Of a DNA stretch of 64,000 nucleotides, positions 15,061 to 28,917 are shown piece after piece. Source of the stretch: Welwitschia mirabilis (taxonomy: Eukaryota); contig JBOZIK010000001.1 of NCBI GenBank assembly GCA_051453625.1, positions 17,246,295 through 17,310,294 of the forward strand, given 5' to 3'. Position numbers and translations under genes: made by a program. A model generated the notes under the pieces. It was not told where the DNA came from, made no database searches, and was given only the letters and a program-made list of their open reading frames with translations. Numbering within the stretch: the first letter of the stretch is position 1; each line of letters opens with the position of its first letter.

Positions 15061-16305
15061 TGCTGTGATGTCAAATTATATGAATTTTTGTGGGTAAATT
15101 AAGTACATTTACAAGATATTTAAACAACTTTAAATAAAATTCTAATGATTATGAGGAGTTGATAAGATGATCACAAAAGCATGCAATTCTTATTATATTT
15201 GGAGAAATTTCAGACAAGTTCTAACACTTAGTATTTTAAGGAAAACACTAGTGATACAAACATCTAATTTCTCTTAGCTAGAAAGATAAGAAAGCTAGTT
15301 GTCCTCTATGTCATCCCATGACAACTTAGGTGATAGTAATGCTAATATCAAATAAAGCTATGGGATTGCCTACGATTCTATAAACTAATAAGTCATTTTA
15401 TATTATGGGCATTGTACCTATAGTCATCCAAATAATAGGTAGGATAATAACTATCATATATTAGGAAATTAAATTATCTTTGTAATGGGGTCATGAACTC
15501 CATATGGGCTACTAGGTTTTCATGTCCAACTTCTAGGGTTTTGCTTATAAAATCTTCAATGCAAAAATATAAATACCTCCTTTCTTTACTTCCAATTTTA
15601 TCTTTTTTATCATAAAGTTTATGATAGGAGATTGAAGGGTAGGAGATCCATCCATAGTTATAGAGAGAGATCTCCCTTAGTATTAGGATATGTATCCTTT
15701 ATTAATGTGCTATTTCTTTATAAGTGAATTGTTGATTTATTTAAAAATTAATACAAGAATTATTTTACTTCTATTATGTGCATCTCCATTATGTTTTGTA
15801 TTAGTTATGATTTTTAATAACTTCATAGTTTATCTAGATCATAAGGATAACCTTTTCTAAGGTTGATACTACCAGTTTAGATCTTGTATTTATTTCATAT
15901 TGCATTTCCATAGTTGCATTTATTATGTTTGATGTATCTTATAGTTTATATTGGTTAGGATTAAGTGATAGTTTTTCCTAATAATCTAAGTTATAAGAGA
16001 TGCTTTTTATGATAGAAACATTGATAGTTAAATAGATTTATTACATTTTCATTTCATTTATAATCATTTCATTATCATTCATCTTGCATTCTATTCTCAC
16101 GTTATTTTTCATTTTCATTTACTTAAAGGAAAAATACCAAAAATACTTTGTTAAATTAATTTTATAACTTCTAACTTAGTTCCTTCAATGGATTACAACA
16201 TTTAGGTTACTTTCCATCTATACTAGTATGTGTTTTTATACAAGTATTTGTAATTGATAGGATCTACTTAAGGATTTAAAGATTGCATAAATTCACGCTA
16301 CATTA
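15061..16305 (+). repeat. 3' LTR of the second Athila-like copy
   Basis: Starts with tg after the PPT-like tract, is homologous to 668-1738, and ends ctacatta (decayed ...catca). Confidence 0.65.
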
Positions 16306-16309
16306 ATAT

Positions 16310-17320
16310 GGCTAAATTATTCATACCCTAATATTTTCTTAAGTTAAAAACTACTTTATTTCATTCTAACATTGATAATGTGATATCTACAGGTGTTTAT
16401 AAATTATGTGACTTGTATATTAAGAATACTAACACCAATAACACTGAGTTAATTCATCCATTAGGTGATGACATGGTATTGGTGGCTATCTATGGACTAT
16501 GTGAACTATCTAATTAGAAATTTAGTTTCTTGTTATGTTTTAAACTATTTTGATTGATATATTAATTAATGACATAACATTTGTGGATATCTGTGGGCTA
16601 TGTGAACTTCCTAGGCATAATTTTAATGCTCAAGTATCTATAAAACTATTTTGCTAGATTTATAGATCAATGATATGATATTTGTAGGTCATGTAGAATA
16701 TCTACTAAGATTCCTAATATCCCCTTATCTTCAAAATTTCTTCATTTAATTTATAGGTTATTAGATAACATATGTAAGTTATGTGAGCTATCTAGTCAGA
16801 ATCCTAGTGCCTCCTTATATTTAAAACTACTTCACTTGTATTATGGATAAATAAGATGGCATTTATAAGCCATGTAAGCAACCTAGTCAGAAGCCTAACA
16901 TTTTCTTATCTTTGAAACTATTGCATTTGATTTATAGAATGACAAGGTGGTATCTATGGGTTGTATGAGCTATTCAATCAAAATCCTAACATATCCTTAT
17001 TGTCAAAAATACTTTATGTCCTCTGTATAATAATAAGGTGATATCTATGGAGTATGTAAGCTAACTAGTTAAAACATTGGGGCCTCCTTATCTTTGAAAC
17101 TGCTTCATTTGATTTATAGAATGATGAGGTAGCATCTATTGATGATGTAAGACACCTAATCAAAACCTTGACACTTTCTTATCTTTAAAATTACTTCATT
17201 TTCTTTGTAAAGAAATGAGATGGCATCTATGGTATATGTGAGCTACCTAGTTAGAACCTTAACATCACTTATCTACACAATGATTTCATGTGGTTCATGA
17301 AGCAATAAGGTGACATCTAT
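16310..17320. repeat. Degenerate tandem array, ~91-bp unit, about 10 copies
   Basis: The anchor atctatgg..atgt.agcta.ctagt.agaa.cct...ccttatcttt.aaact.cttcattt recurs at 16488, 16589, 16680, 16770, 16861, 16952, 17043, 17134, 17225 and 17315. Confidence 0.85.
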
Positions 17321-20300
17321 TAATTTGATAGTGAATTAAAAAAAGTGAAAATTTCTTTAACCTATATTTTTCTTTAAATTATGTGTATAAATTATGCAAA
17401 ATTGACAATCTTTTTTAGCATATCCAAAATTTTTAGTTGTTTTTACCACTATATTGGTTATAAGTTTCTAATATCAACTCTATTTTTAATTTCATGTGCC
17501 TTTCTATTTTTATGTTCTTTAATTTTATATGTGATTATCCTTCTTATTTTACTATGTTTTATTTACTTTATGTAGAACAATTAGAAAAAAAAAATTTACA
17601 TCTCTTTACAAATAAGTTCAAGATGGACATGGCTCATATGGCTTTCTTAGAGTTAAGTAATGCACCTCTAATAACCAGACTAGTGAAGAATTAAAAATAA
17701 TATAGATTTTCATAAATGAGCTAGTCATTATTATTGATTATATAAAGTTAGGTATCATGGTGATGATATTTCATGTGAACATTTGCTAGGGGATCCTTAG
17801 AAGAGCATAATGCTAATAATTATTTATAGAGTATCTCCTATTTTAAGGAGACTTAATTATTTTCCTCTTCACTTTCCTTCCTCTACTTATGCTTATGAAA
17901 AATAGGCTTCTATAAGTTTCTTTCTTACTTTATGTATTCTTTTTTCTTTTCTATCCTTTGAATGTTATACAATAGATTTTGCTTGTAATGAAAATGAAGT
18001 ATCTCTTATAAAATTTATCTTTCATATTTTCTTCTCTTTTGAATTTTTAAAAGTTATAATCTACTACCTCCATGGCTTTATATGGATTTTCATTAGTAAA
18101 TTTAGAATAAAAACTTTAACAATAATATGTACATCAAAACGAATTTAAAACATATAGTAATATATCTGTGAATAAGTTTGTAATGAAACCTTTCCATGTT
18201 AAACATAATGATTTGAAGAGTGTTTTAGCTAAGTTAAACTACCTTTAAGGTTTAGTTTGTGGAACTATTATGGGGGTAGGATAGCCTATCAAGGACTAAG
18301 TATACTTGTGAAACTCCCATGCATGCACTTCACTCCTCCTTTACCCACATTTTAACAATAGTGAATGACTATTATAATGTTTCATAATAATTCTGACTCT
18401 TCATAAATAGATATAATTAGTTTCTTAAGGGTTATATGACTTGAATTATAATTTACATTTTTAGAAAACATAACAACATAAACATGAGGTATTATTTTTT
18501 TTTTTTAAAAAAGGAATAATGATAAATAGGGTCAATAAATGTAGAAAGTCTTCCTTTTCATGTTAGTTAAGTGTATTAATGATTTGAATAGTGCTCTAGT
18601 TTAAATGTTAGAAACTTTTCTCAAGTATCATCTAAGATTCCATGAATATTTAGAGGTATATTCTAATAGATGTAAATAAAAATGTAAAGGTTAAGAAGAT
18701 AAAGTGCATTAACCAAAAGATTAAAAAAAAAAAGAAAGATAAAAGATATTCATAAGAATATAAAGGATAAGAATTATGAGGTGAAGAAAAGTAATAAGAA
18801 GATGAGAAATAAGGGTCATAAGGAATGGTTTAAAAAAGGACTAAACTCCTTCTGTGAAAAGCAAAGATTCTCAAATTCATGATCATAAGAAGGTTCAATT
18901 ATTCATGGAAGACTAGCTAAGGATTAAACATAATCTCTTACAATTATTTTAGGATTTTAAATATGTGAAAAATTATGGGGTTTGAAATGAATTGAGTTGG
19001 CTTAAAGAAAGGAAAAAGGATATTTTTAAAATACTTAATTTAAATAACTCTTAGAAAATAATCTATTTCCATGATCAAAGTTAGATCACATTTGAAATTT
19101 AGAATATATTTATCTATGTATAGCAATGAACTAGCTTTAAATTGACTTAAACCTTAGTATTATTCTTCCATAGGGATATATGTGATAACTTTTACAAAAG
19201 TGATAAAAATGTTTATCTTGTAATAAAACTTAAATAATAGAAAAATCAAAATTTAAAAAATAGAAATGATCTTCAATTAATGACATAGGGGAAAAGAAAT
19301 GCTCCGATGATCTAATTAATTTACCCAACACTTCACCTTTACTTTAATGATTCTTTTATCCTTAAACATAAACCAAAATTATTAAGTTATTAAGGCTCAT
19401 CATGGAGTTATGATTATGTCTATCACATGAGTGTTAGTGAGTTATTCAGTTCTCTTAATACTTTACAATCCTTCATAATCATGGAAACTATGACCCAAAG
19501 TGCACAAGATTTATTAAATGATAGCAATTATGAAATTACAAAAGTAACATTAAATAATTTATTTGGTGTGAAAGAACTTGATAATTAAGAAAGCTTCACC
19601 TAAAGGTTAATAATACCTATTTTATGCATTATTAATGAAAGAATGAAAATACTTAAGAAGTAGTCTTACTTAAAGATTGCTAATGTAGAATGAATTATGT
19701 AATAATAATGAAAGGATTAAACTAATTTTCATATTAAAACCTAAATAGATATATTACATTAAATGGAGAAGGAGAAAAAGAATAAGAACTCCTCAACTAG
19801 CCTTGGATCATTTCGTCCTTAAGAAAAATGATCAAAATGCTATAATATCCAAGCCTTTAAGTCTTTCCCATATTAAGCCAATCAAAACATTCAGTATAAT
19901 GGGGGTTCAAGGCCCTTTTATAGATGAGGAAAGGCTTGTAGAGATTTTTCATGATTACATTAGGTGAGTGATTGATGAGTATCTACATAATGGGGGGTTA
20001 CTTAAGGGTAGTTACTTAAGGAAGAAGTTATAATATTTGGCACATAGTCACAAAGAAGGATTATTCATCTTCATATATAAAGATGGTAATGTTATGTCCT
20101 TTGACTATTAATGAATCTATGAATGGATTTCATGTAATGTGTCTTCCACATTATTATCCTTGTTGCATCACATACCACTATGATGTATTCTATTATAATT
20201 TTACCAAGTGTCATTAGATTTAAAGAATTATTCTAGGTTACTTTTGACTTAGTCCATAAGTGCAAGGTGACGAATATCCTTAGTGGATGTAGGAACACGA

Positions 20301-22249
20301 TTTTGGAGTAAGTTTTCCTTAAAAGTATGGTAGTACCAGTAGTCCTAACTAGTGACCTTACCGTTTCATGCTAGAATTTATTCAACTTTGGCCATATCCT
20401 TCTTAATGTACTAATATACCTATTAATGTTAGTGGAAATTCCCAATTTGTATAAAAAAATAATAAAAAAGGAAAAGTACATTATTATATGATAAATTAAT
20501 GAGTTAATTATATTTTCCTATGCAAAACTAATCATTTTCTTAGAGTGTTATTTTTTGCATGTAAACAACATTCTTTGTAATCAATTATTAGCATTAAGTT
20601 TCAAACATATGCAACTCTATCAAGTTTTAGATAATTCCTAGTACTAGACATGATTAAGAGAGATAAGAAAAGTATTTTAGAAAAATTTTAACATGATATT
20701 AATTAAAATAATAGCATCATTAATTATTTTTCATGATGTCACTAGTTTTTTGATGGAAAATGATTTACAAAAGAAAAGCAGTTATCCTTAGGGCTATGCA
20801 AAATGATTCCCATAAAAATAAATATAGAATAAGTGTTAGAAATGATAGTAGTATTGTAAAAATTAAAAAACATAGAAAAAATCATATATATATATATGGA
20901 AATATAGAAAACCCAATAGAAAAAAGATCTAAATCTAAATGCATATAGTATTACAAATAAACTACAATAGTAAAATTTGTAGAAAGGAAAACATGGATTA
21001 AGGTTTCTTCTTTATTTTATCATTTTCAATTTTCTTCTTTTTTTTAATTTTTAATTTCTTTGACTTTGGTTTAAAAGAAATTATATAAGTAAAAAACTAC
21101 ATAAACNNNNNNNNNNNNNNNNNNNNNNNNNNNNNNNNNNNNNNNNNNNNNNNNNNNNNNNNNNNNNNNNNNNNNNNNNNNNNNNNNNNNNNNNNNNNNN
21201 NNNNNNNNNNNNNNNNNNNNNNNNNNNNNNNNNNNNNNNNNNNNNNNNNNNNNNNNNNNNNNNNNNNNNNNNNNNNNNNNNNNNNNNNNNNNNNNNNNNN
21301 NNNNNNNNNNNNNNNNNNNNNNNNNNNNNNNNNNNNNNNNNNNNNNNNNNNNNNNNNNNNNNNNNNNNNNNNNNNNNNNNNNNNNNNNNNNNNNNNNNNN
21401 NNNNNNNNNNNNNNNNNNNNNNNNNNNNNNNNNNNNNNNNNNNNNNNNNNNNNNNNNNNNNNNNNNNNNNNNNNNTAAAAGAAATTATATAAGTAAACAA
21501 CTACATAAACTAGTTAACCTTACATACAAAATATTGATATAGCAATGATGTTCTTTATTATAGCTAAAACGTTCAATAGAATATAAAGAAACTCAAAAGA
21601 AAAATAAAAGTAATTATAGTCAGCATACTACTAGAAGATAATAAGTACCACATATTAGAGAGTGAAACAAATTAAAAACACTAAAATCTAATATGTAAAA
21701 CAATTAAAAAAGGAAAAAAACCTCTATGTACACCTAATTGTAACTGCTACACCACTACCTTTAAAAATCTAGAATGAACATAACAATTATGGTAAGAGCT
21801 ACAATGAAAATAGATTTGCTTTATAATAAAACTAGAAATATTATGCTTTATTAAAGATCAAGAATTATGACTTAATATCATTCACCATATGAGTATTGAT
21901 GAAGACTTAAAGTCATCTTAGCTCTCACAACATATCTATGTAAGCATGAGAAGTAGGTTAAATTCTCAAAAACCATTAAACATCAATATAAACCATGGAC
22001 TAAGATTAAAACATGAAGAAATCACTTAGAAATAATATAAAATGTCAACAGAATCTAGTAAAAACTCAAGCATGATAAGTATGTAATAACATCCACATTT
22101 TCTTTCAAAGATATTGTACCAAAGAATTAATTAATTATTTATTTAAATTATCAAAGGCATTAAAAGTATGTTGAAAGCCATACTTAAAATCAAGAGAAAA
22201 AACTAAATAGCATTAGTATGTTATTAAATAAAATAAAAAAATTTACAAT

Positions 22250-22740
22250 ACATACATAGAAATATCAATCTAATACTAAAATATCATACTAGCCTTAAGA
22301 GCTAGTCCATCTTAAGGTACTAATTTAAGAGAAAGAATTCACCAATCTTAACATGTAGTGTAGTAGAATAGCACAAAATGGAATCTGGCATAATATAATA
22401 GAAGATGTTATAAAGCATTGGATTAATCCTCTTTTATAATGAAGATTATGATTATGGTTTTGACTTTTTAAGGTTTTCTTAGCTAGAGTTTTGACATGTA
22501 GAATTAGTTACTTTACAACCAAAATTAATGGAAGATTTTGGTAAAGTGAGTGACTTGGCTCTTAAAAAAAATAACTTACTTCTTCATGATCAATTCAAGC
22601 CATGAGTTTTGGAGTGAAATTTTTCAAATGATCAATGTTATTATATATCTAATAAGTGCTACTAGCATTTCATTCATGAATGACTCCTTGTCATGTGCTT
22701 TAAAATGTAGTTAAAAGCTTGAAAATGTCGTGGGAGGAAA
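22250..22740 (-). mobile_element. Highly decayed Gypsy integrase remnant
   Basis: The minus strand gives FHSKTHGL (~22600-22620; YHPQTNG-like), an SPF-L-FG-like stretch (~22520-22540) and RWTSS (~22300; RWxGP-like) in the expected order. Confidence 0.45.
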
Positions 22741-22950
22741 GAACGAATAAAATATCAAATTAAAAAAAGCATTAGACATATTTTATGTTTAAAGGAGTTA
22801 GATGAATATCTTAAGTTTTAATAAATTATTTTAAAATACTTAAAATAAATAAAAATTTTCACATATTAATACTACACTTTCTACATTACCTTCTTTCATT
22901 TTAAATTTTTAAAAGATTCTTTCACATTGGCTAAATCTACATCCTTTTTT

Positions 22951-23306
22951 TATTAAATAAATTACATTAATAATGAAATATTTAAATAACATTTTTTATT
23001 TCTTTAACTTAATGTATTTTATTTAATAAAAGAAATCTCCAAGTATCTAATATTTATTTATGTAAAAAATTAAGATAATCACTTTAAATAAAAATAACAA
23101 CTGTTTAAATTTTTCTTCATGAAGATTACATATTTTTAGATAATTCATCAATTAAGCTATGTAAATAATTCATTTGTTAATTAATTACTTAGTTTATAAA
23201 AGTATTTTCATATAATTTTACTTGTTGTGATTTCCTCTTTTATTTTCTTTTTGGTTTCATTTTATTTCCTTTACTTTTTTTCATTTCTATAAATAAGCTC
23301 TTAACA
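22951..23306 (+). repeat. Copia 5' LTR
   Basis: Colinear with 30667-31051; ends ...cttaaca immediately before the PBS. Confidence 0.8.
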
Positions 23307-23318
23307 TGGTATTAAATT
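23307..23318 (+). promoter_or_regulatory. Decayed tRNA-iMet primer binding site
   Basis: tggtattaaa directly after the LTR-terminal CA, compared with canonical TGGTATCAGAGC. Confidence 0.65.
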
Positions 23319-24879
23319 GAAAGCATAAACATGATATGAAGAAATCCTATAAAATTGATGCTAGTTTAGGAAATAAAACACTTGATGAAGATGCTATTTT
23401 ATAGCTTAAGAATGAATTTACTATTAAGATTTAAATATATAATTAGGATATCAAAATGGCATACATTACCTTTGTATCATCATAATTGTACCTTAAAAAG
23501 AACATGAACCTTGATTACATGAAATATACCACCTAGAAGATAAGGATAAAGGATTTTGTACTAGATTAACAACTTGATGATTATCTATAAGAAAGTATTT
23601 CCATAAAGAAGGATTAAAATGAACACTTTACTAAACTCATCCTACTCATAGATGTTATGGTTTATAGAATTAGGAATCCAAAAGAACTTTGGAACTTCTT
23701 TGTGGACATATTTTAAATTAAAAATGAATAAGATAAATACTTACTGATCTATAATCTATTTATAATATAAATCAAATATCACAAAGATATCATGCATCCA
23801 AAGAAGAAAATCATTGGATTTAAAGCATGAATTAAGGAAAAAGGTACTAATATAAATGAAGAAATGTTAAGTTTACTTTAATTTAGGAAATATCCTTAAA
23901 CGTTTGAAATATCCATCAAACTATTAAAGTATGATAATAAATCCTATTCATTTAAACAATTAGTGATAAAAGTCCATAAATTTTAAATAGAAATAAAAAT
24001 AAGAAAAGTGGAAATATGAATAAGTATTACTACATCTGAGAAACACATAAAGCAAGAAGAAAGAAAACCAAAATTTTTAGTTTTTATTAAATTAGTGAAT
24101 CAATTCCAATATTACTATTTTAAGAACCTAAGTAATCTATTAAATAAGAAGTAAAAAAAAGGAACAATCTGAAGATAAATAATGATAAATTTAAAATTTT
24201 AATACTAAGTGATAATATCATTCATTAATAAGAATTTTTAGTACTCTCTAGAAGTGATACTAAAACATGGTTCATAGACTCAGAAACACAAAAATACATG
24301 ACTAATAATTAAGAAATTTTTATAAAACTTAAGTAAACCTTGAACAACATCACAAAGCATTTGTGGATTAGTAATGGAATGTAGCTAAGAGTAGTTTGGT
24401 AAGAATTATGAAGTTATTCCTTCTTAGCATTATAAAAACCCTCTAGATTTCCAATTTTAAGATCAAATTAATATCATTTTTATCTTTACTTAAATATGGA
24501 TATAAAGTTAATTTCAATAAGATTAAGAACAAGACATGCGATATTATCAAAAAGGAAAAAGGCATACTAAAGTAGTTTATGATGGTAGAATCTTTTTATT
24601 CTAACTGAAAAAATACATTCACATAATGTTTTTAACTATCAAAACAAATGAAATAATGCATTAATATTAGAGACTAGAGTATGTAAGCTTCAAAGTTCTT
24701 AAGAAATTATGTTTAATGAAAAACTTTCAAAACTAAAAAATAAAGGGCTAGTTTATAATCGTTTTAAATGATAAAAATAAACCTTAGACCATTCTTTAAA
24801 AAAAAAAAAAAGAAAAAGAAATAAATGCAACTTGAATTAATCTATAATGACTTGCATAGAAAATTATGTGTTTTACCCC

Positions 24880-25590
24880 TAAAAGGAAAAAGATAATTTC
24901 TTACTTTCATTTATGGTTATAATAGGATGTGTTTTGGATACTTCCTATAATGCAAGTCTTAAATCCTTAACATGTGTAGAGTGTTTAATAGACTAATGGA
25001 GAATTAAGAAAAGTTGTAGATCAAGAGGTGTAGAATAGATAAAGGATTAGCATATGTATCAACTACATTCATGAAGAACTCAGAAAACTTGAAATACAAT
25101 AAAGTAGATGCACTTTACACACCCTATCTTAATGGAATAGCTGATATAATTAAAAAACAAAAACTAAAATCATAAATATGACAAAAATATGTTATGTAAG
25201 ACATGACTTCTATCATTTATATGTACAAATCCTTGAAAGGAGGAAAAATAATTTTTACTTTCATTAATGATTATAATAGAATGTGTTTTGTATACTTCCT
25301 ACAATACAAGTCTTGAATTTTTAACATGTGTAGAGTGTTTGATAAACTAATGGAGAATCAAAAAACATTATAAATCAAGAGGTGTAGAATCAACGTAGAA
25401 TTAGAATATATATCAACTAATTTTACAAAGAACTCGAAAAAATTAAAATACAACATAAAATAGATCCATCTTACACATCCTAGCTCAATGGAATAGCTAA
25501 GATAATTTTTTTAAAAAAAATAAAATCATAAAAATGACCTAAAAAATGCTAAGTAAGACATGGATTCCATTATTTCTATGGATAAAATCT
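24880..25590 (+). repeat. Tandem duplication (~355 bp x2) within the Copia integrase core
   Basis: 24880-25232 vs 25233-25590 share ttactttcatt.atg.ttataatag.atgtgttttg.atacttccta, ttaacatgtgtagagtgttt and atcaagaggtgtagaat. Confidence 0.9.
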
Positions 25591-25897
25591 ATTATGATAG
25601 TTGTATATATTTGAGAAAAACTTTCTACCATAGATCTAGATAGGGATTCATCAAGAAGAAAATTATGTAATGAAGCGCTATTCTATAATCATCTTAAAAT
25701 GTTTGAAAGGAATTTTTTTGGTCATATTTAAAAGCAATAAAATAAAGCTAAAACCTACTTCATGCTTGGTTTTGTAATGAAAAATACACTTGTTAAGTAT
25801 GTGAAATAAAGAGTCATTGTTTTATGAGATATTGTATTTTACAAAATGGTAAAAGTTGATAATTTTATTTTATCAATAACATTTGATGCTATGATTT

Positions 25898-28800
25898 AAA
25901 AGAATGAACTTATTATCACACAACTAGTGAGTTTACATCTTTAGTTTAGCCCTAGGGCATTGGAACTTAAATAAAAAGATTTCTATTGAAAATCATCAAA
26001 AACACAATTTAAGAAATGATAGATGACTAGAGAATAGAAAAAATGAATGAGAATTAAAATTATAAATAAGCTAATAGCTTATAAGATATAACAAATGGAA
26101 AAAAACTAAATGTTTAATTATTTAAGGCTAGGAATATTAGAATGTACTTTCATAAAAAACTTTGAGAAGGATGCACTTTTATAGGAAGAGATATGGATGA
26201 TGTTAAGGTTAGTATTAAAAAAAGTGATCTATTCAATACATTTTAAAACCTTTCAAAGGTACTACACATATAACAAAATAAAAGTTACATAATAAAATTT
26301 ATAAAAGTGTGATAAATACTCTCATATTGAAGAAATTCCTAGATAAAGTAGATGAGATCATATCATAGAAAATATTTAATTCTAAAAGTAAAATTGCATT
26401 TTTAGATTTAATTAAAGAAAGACTTTCAATGTTACTATAAATTACTTTCATTTTATTAAATTTTATATTTAAGAGTAAGAAAACAAGAAGAATTAAGAAA
26501 ATTATAAGCATTCTTAACTTTGAAAGGTAATAAATAATATCCATCAAATTATTTAAGCAAATTCCAAAAATATTTTTTTACTTTTAATTATCTAAAAATC
26601 ATGCTCAAGGAAATTCTTTAACTAAAAGAGATTATAATTTATCATTGAAAGTCCATTCACTAAAGTCATTGCCTTTGAAAATTAATATAACTTAATGAAA
26701 TAATACCTTTGTAAAATCATCACAAGGCTAATGTAGAAGATTAACATACCAAAGAATCATTAAGTAAAGGAAGCCACCATGAATTAAGTTTTTAAAGCAT
26801 AGGCAAAGGAACAATAGTACACTTGCAATTAATATATCAATCGATGGATTTCCATACTTTCTAAATTATTTGAAAAACATATTCATTTAAGAGACTTAGG
26901 TCTCATGTATTAAAAAATACTCTTATTTTGTTATAAAGGCATATTTCAAATCCAGCATTACTAAAGAAAAAACTTTTAATTATTAATATTAGGACATGTT
27001 CTATTCTTAGGAACATTACCTTCATCTAAGTGATTAAAGTATGAGAGAGTAATAAAATGTACCTTTGTAAATTTATAATATATATCTGCATTCAAAACAT
27101 GTAGAGAAATTAAATAGTTAAGAAAAATTCTAAAAGCAATAAACTTAAAGAAAATAAAGATAACAAGCAAAAGATCATGAATCATTTTAAAACAACACAT
27201 GTTTCTTTAGGAAGATATGAAATCATGAAACATATATAACATGAAATGATTAAACCTATTTATATTCAATCATAGAATAAAAAACTAATATTTGAATAAA
27301 ACCACTTGGTCAAATTTTTTTTAATACTCCCAATATAGGATAGAATTTATAATGAGTTTATTTAACTTATTATATTATTTTTATCAAGATCTACTTAAGT
27401 GTAAGAGTTACTAAGAGAATCCTTTATTGGCCTTATTATAATAGGATGTATATGATACCTCTACCTTTTACTAGAACAAGTGTTATACATTTTTTTTCTA
27501 GCATTGTATGATATACATAGAAACTAACTAGCATTGTATGATATATATAGAAACTAATAAATGCTATTGCTTTGGGTTGCATAGTAATGATTTGACTTCT
27601 CATTTATGAATGAGTTCCCTTACATTACAACTTCCTTTTTTAAAAAGTTTTTTATTATAGGCCACATTATCAACATTTTTCTATAAAAATTTTGATTTTG
27701 TTTAGAAGAAATCATATTTCCACAGTAAGGATAAAATTACTAGGACATAATAAAATGTACCATTGTTCTATTCTTTGGACAAAAGTTAATAATAGTAAAG
27801 TTTCTTTAGGAGTGCTTCCCATAAAAGCAATATCTATTTTTATTTAAGAGAAAGATGAAGAAGAAAAGTATAACAAGTATTTCAATTTCTTTTTTTACTT
27901 ATTGTTTTTAATCGTGGATTGTTTTACATGCCATAGAATAGAATTGTTATAATATGATCTAGGAGGTCATTCAAAAAGGTTCTTCATGCTCATATATTCA
28001 TGAATGAATTACTTGAATTCTTTTCAAATTTGGATATTTTCATCTTATAAAAAACTAGAATTCAATATTGCTTAATGTTTCTTATAAAACTTTGGCTAAA
28101 TATTTAAATAATAAATTAGAATTCATTCTTGTAAATATCATTTATGAAAATAAATTTAGTTTTATTAAAGCTAGACGTTTTTAATAATGTGATTATTACA
28201 TGAAAAGGAATCTAGTGGAATACTATTTTTATTAGACTATATTATGTAAAAGCATACAATAATATTCACTTGGATTATTATGGAATGCATGAAAAAGATA
28301 GGTTTTAATAAAAGGTTTCTTCATTTAGTTACTTTCTTATTCAAGGATGCTAATTCTTGTGTATATACTCAATATGATTTTTTAAGGATATTTATGATTA
28401 AGTAATTTATTTAATAATATTATCTTTTAGTGTTTTATTTATTTATTATTACTATAGATTTTTTATATTAATCTATGCCTGATAATAAACACTCAATCTT
28501 AATTTTAGATGTTTACTTTAGAGTTATCATAGATTATTTATTAACATATATTTTATAGATGATTGCTTTTTCATTGTTAAAAATGATAGAATAGTAAGTC
28601 ATTTTTCAACTTCTTTATCATATGAATTAATGTTAAATTTTATTTAGATCTAAATTAAGTAGATAAAATCTTCCATTTTTGTTTTATATAGAAATTAGCA
28701 AAGGCTTTCATTTTATCCTAGGTCTATAATTCAGCTAATAAAGATTTCTAAGGTTTTTGATTTTTTTTCATTTTCTAAATCTTCTATAAATCTTTGGATA

Positions 28801-28917
28801 TGGGTTTTAGAAAATATTTAAAAAGGTGTAGAAAAATGAAAAACTAAACAAATCTTAAATAAACTTGTGATATGTAAATCAATTCTTACCTCTAATTATA
28901 CTTATTATTCTTTTTAT
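25898..28917 (+). mobile_element. LTR-less RT/RNase H segment, copy 1 (candidate endogenous caulimovirid fragment) inserted in the Copia element
   Basis: Colinear end to end with 34960-37981. Decayed RT-like motifs: LNKTT (~27292), FIKIYL (~27380; FSKxDL), YE*VP (~27605; YEW), HIINIF (~27663; YIDDI-like), KKSYF..IKLLGH (~27707-27748), FLGVL (~27803). RNase H-like HEKE (~28199). Confidence 0.55.

Noticed and set aside
16310-17320. CRISPR-like or coding-repeat reading of the periodic array
   Set aside because: Units are homologous along their full length with no unique spacers, the context is eukaryotic, and the period is not a multiple of 3.
17600-20500. Possible Copia RT trace (~17750-17870), chromodomain-like DDT*E on the minus strand (~18620) and LTR-like TATA region (~19900)
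   Set aside because: Isolated short motif matches in very AT-rich DNA, too weak to assign a family or boundaries.
21070-21510. Near-identical ~35-bp sequence on both sides of an N gap
   Set aside because: Typical contig-end overlap or collapsed repeat from scaffolding; not interpretable as biology.
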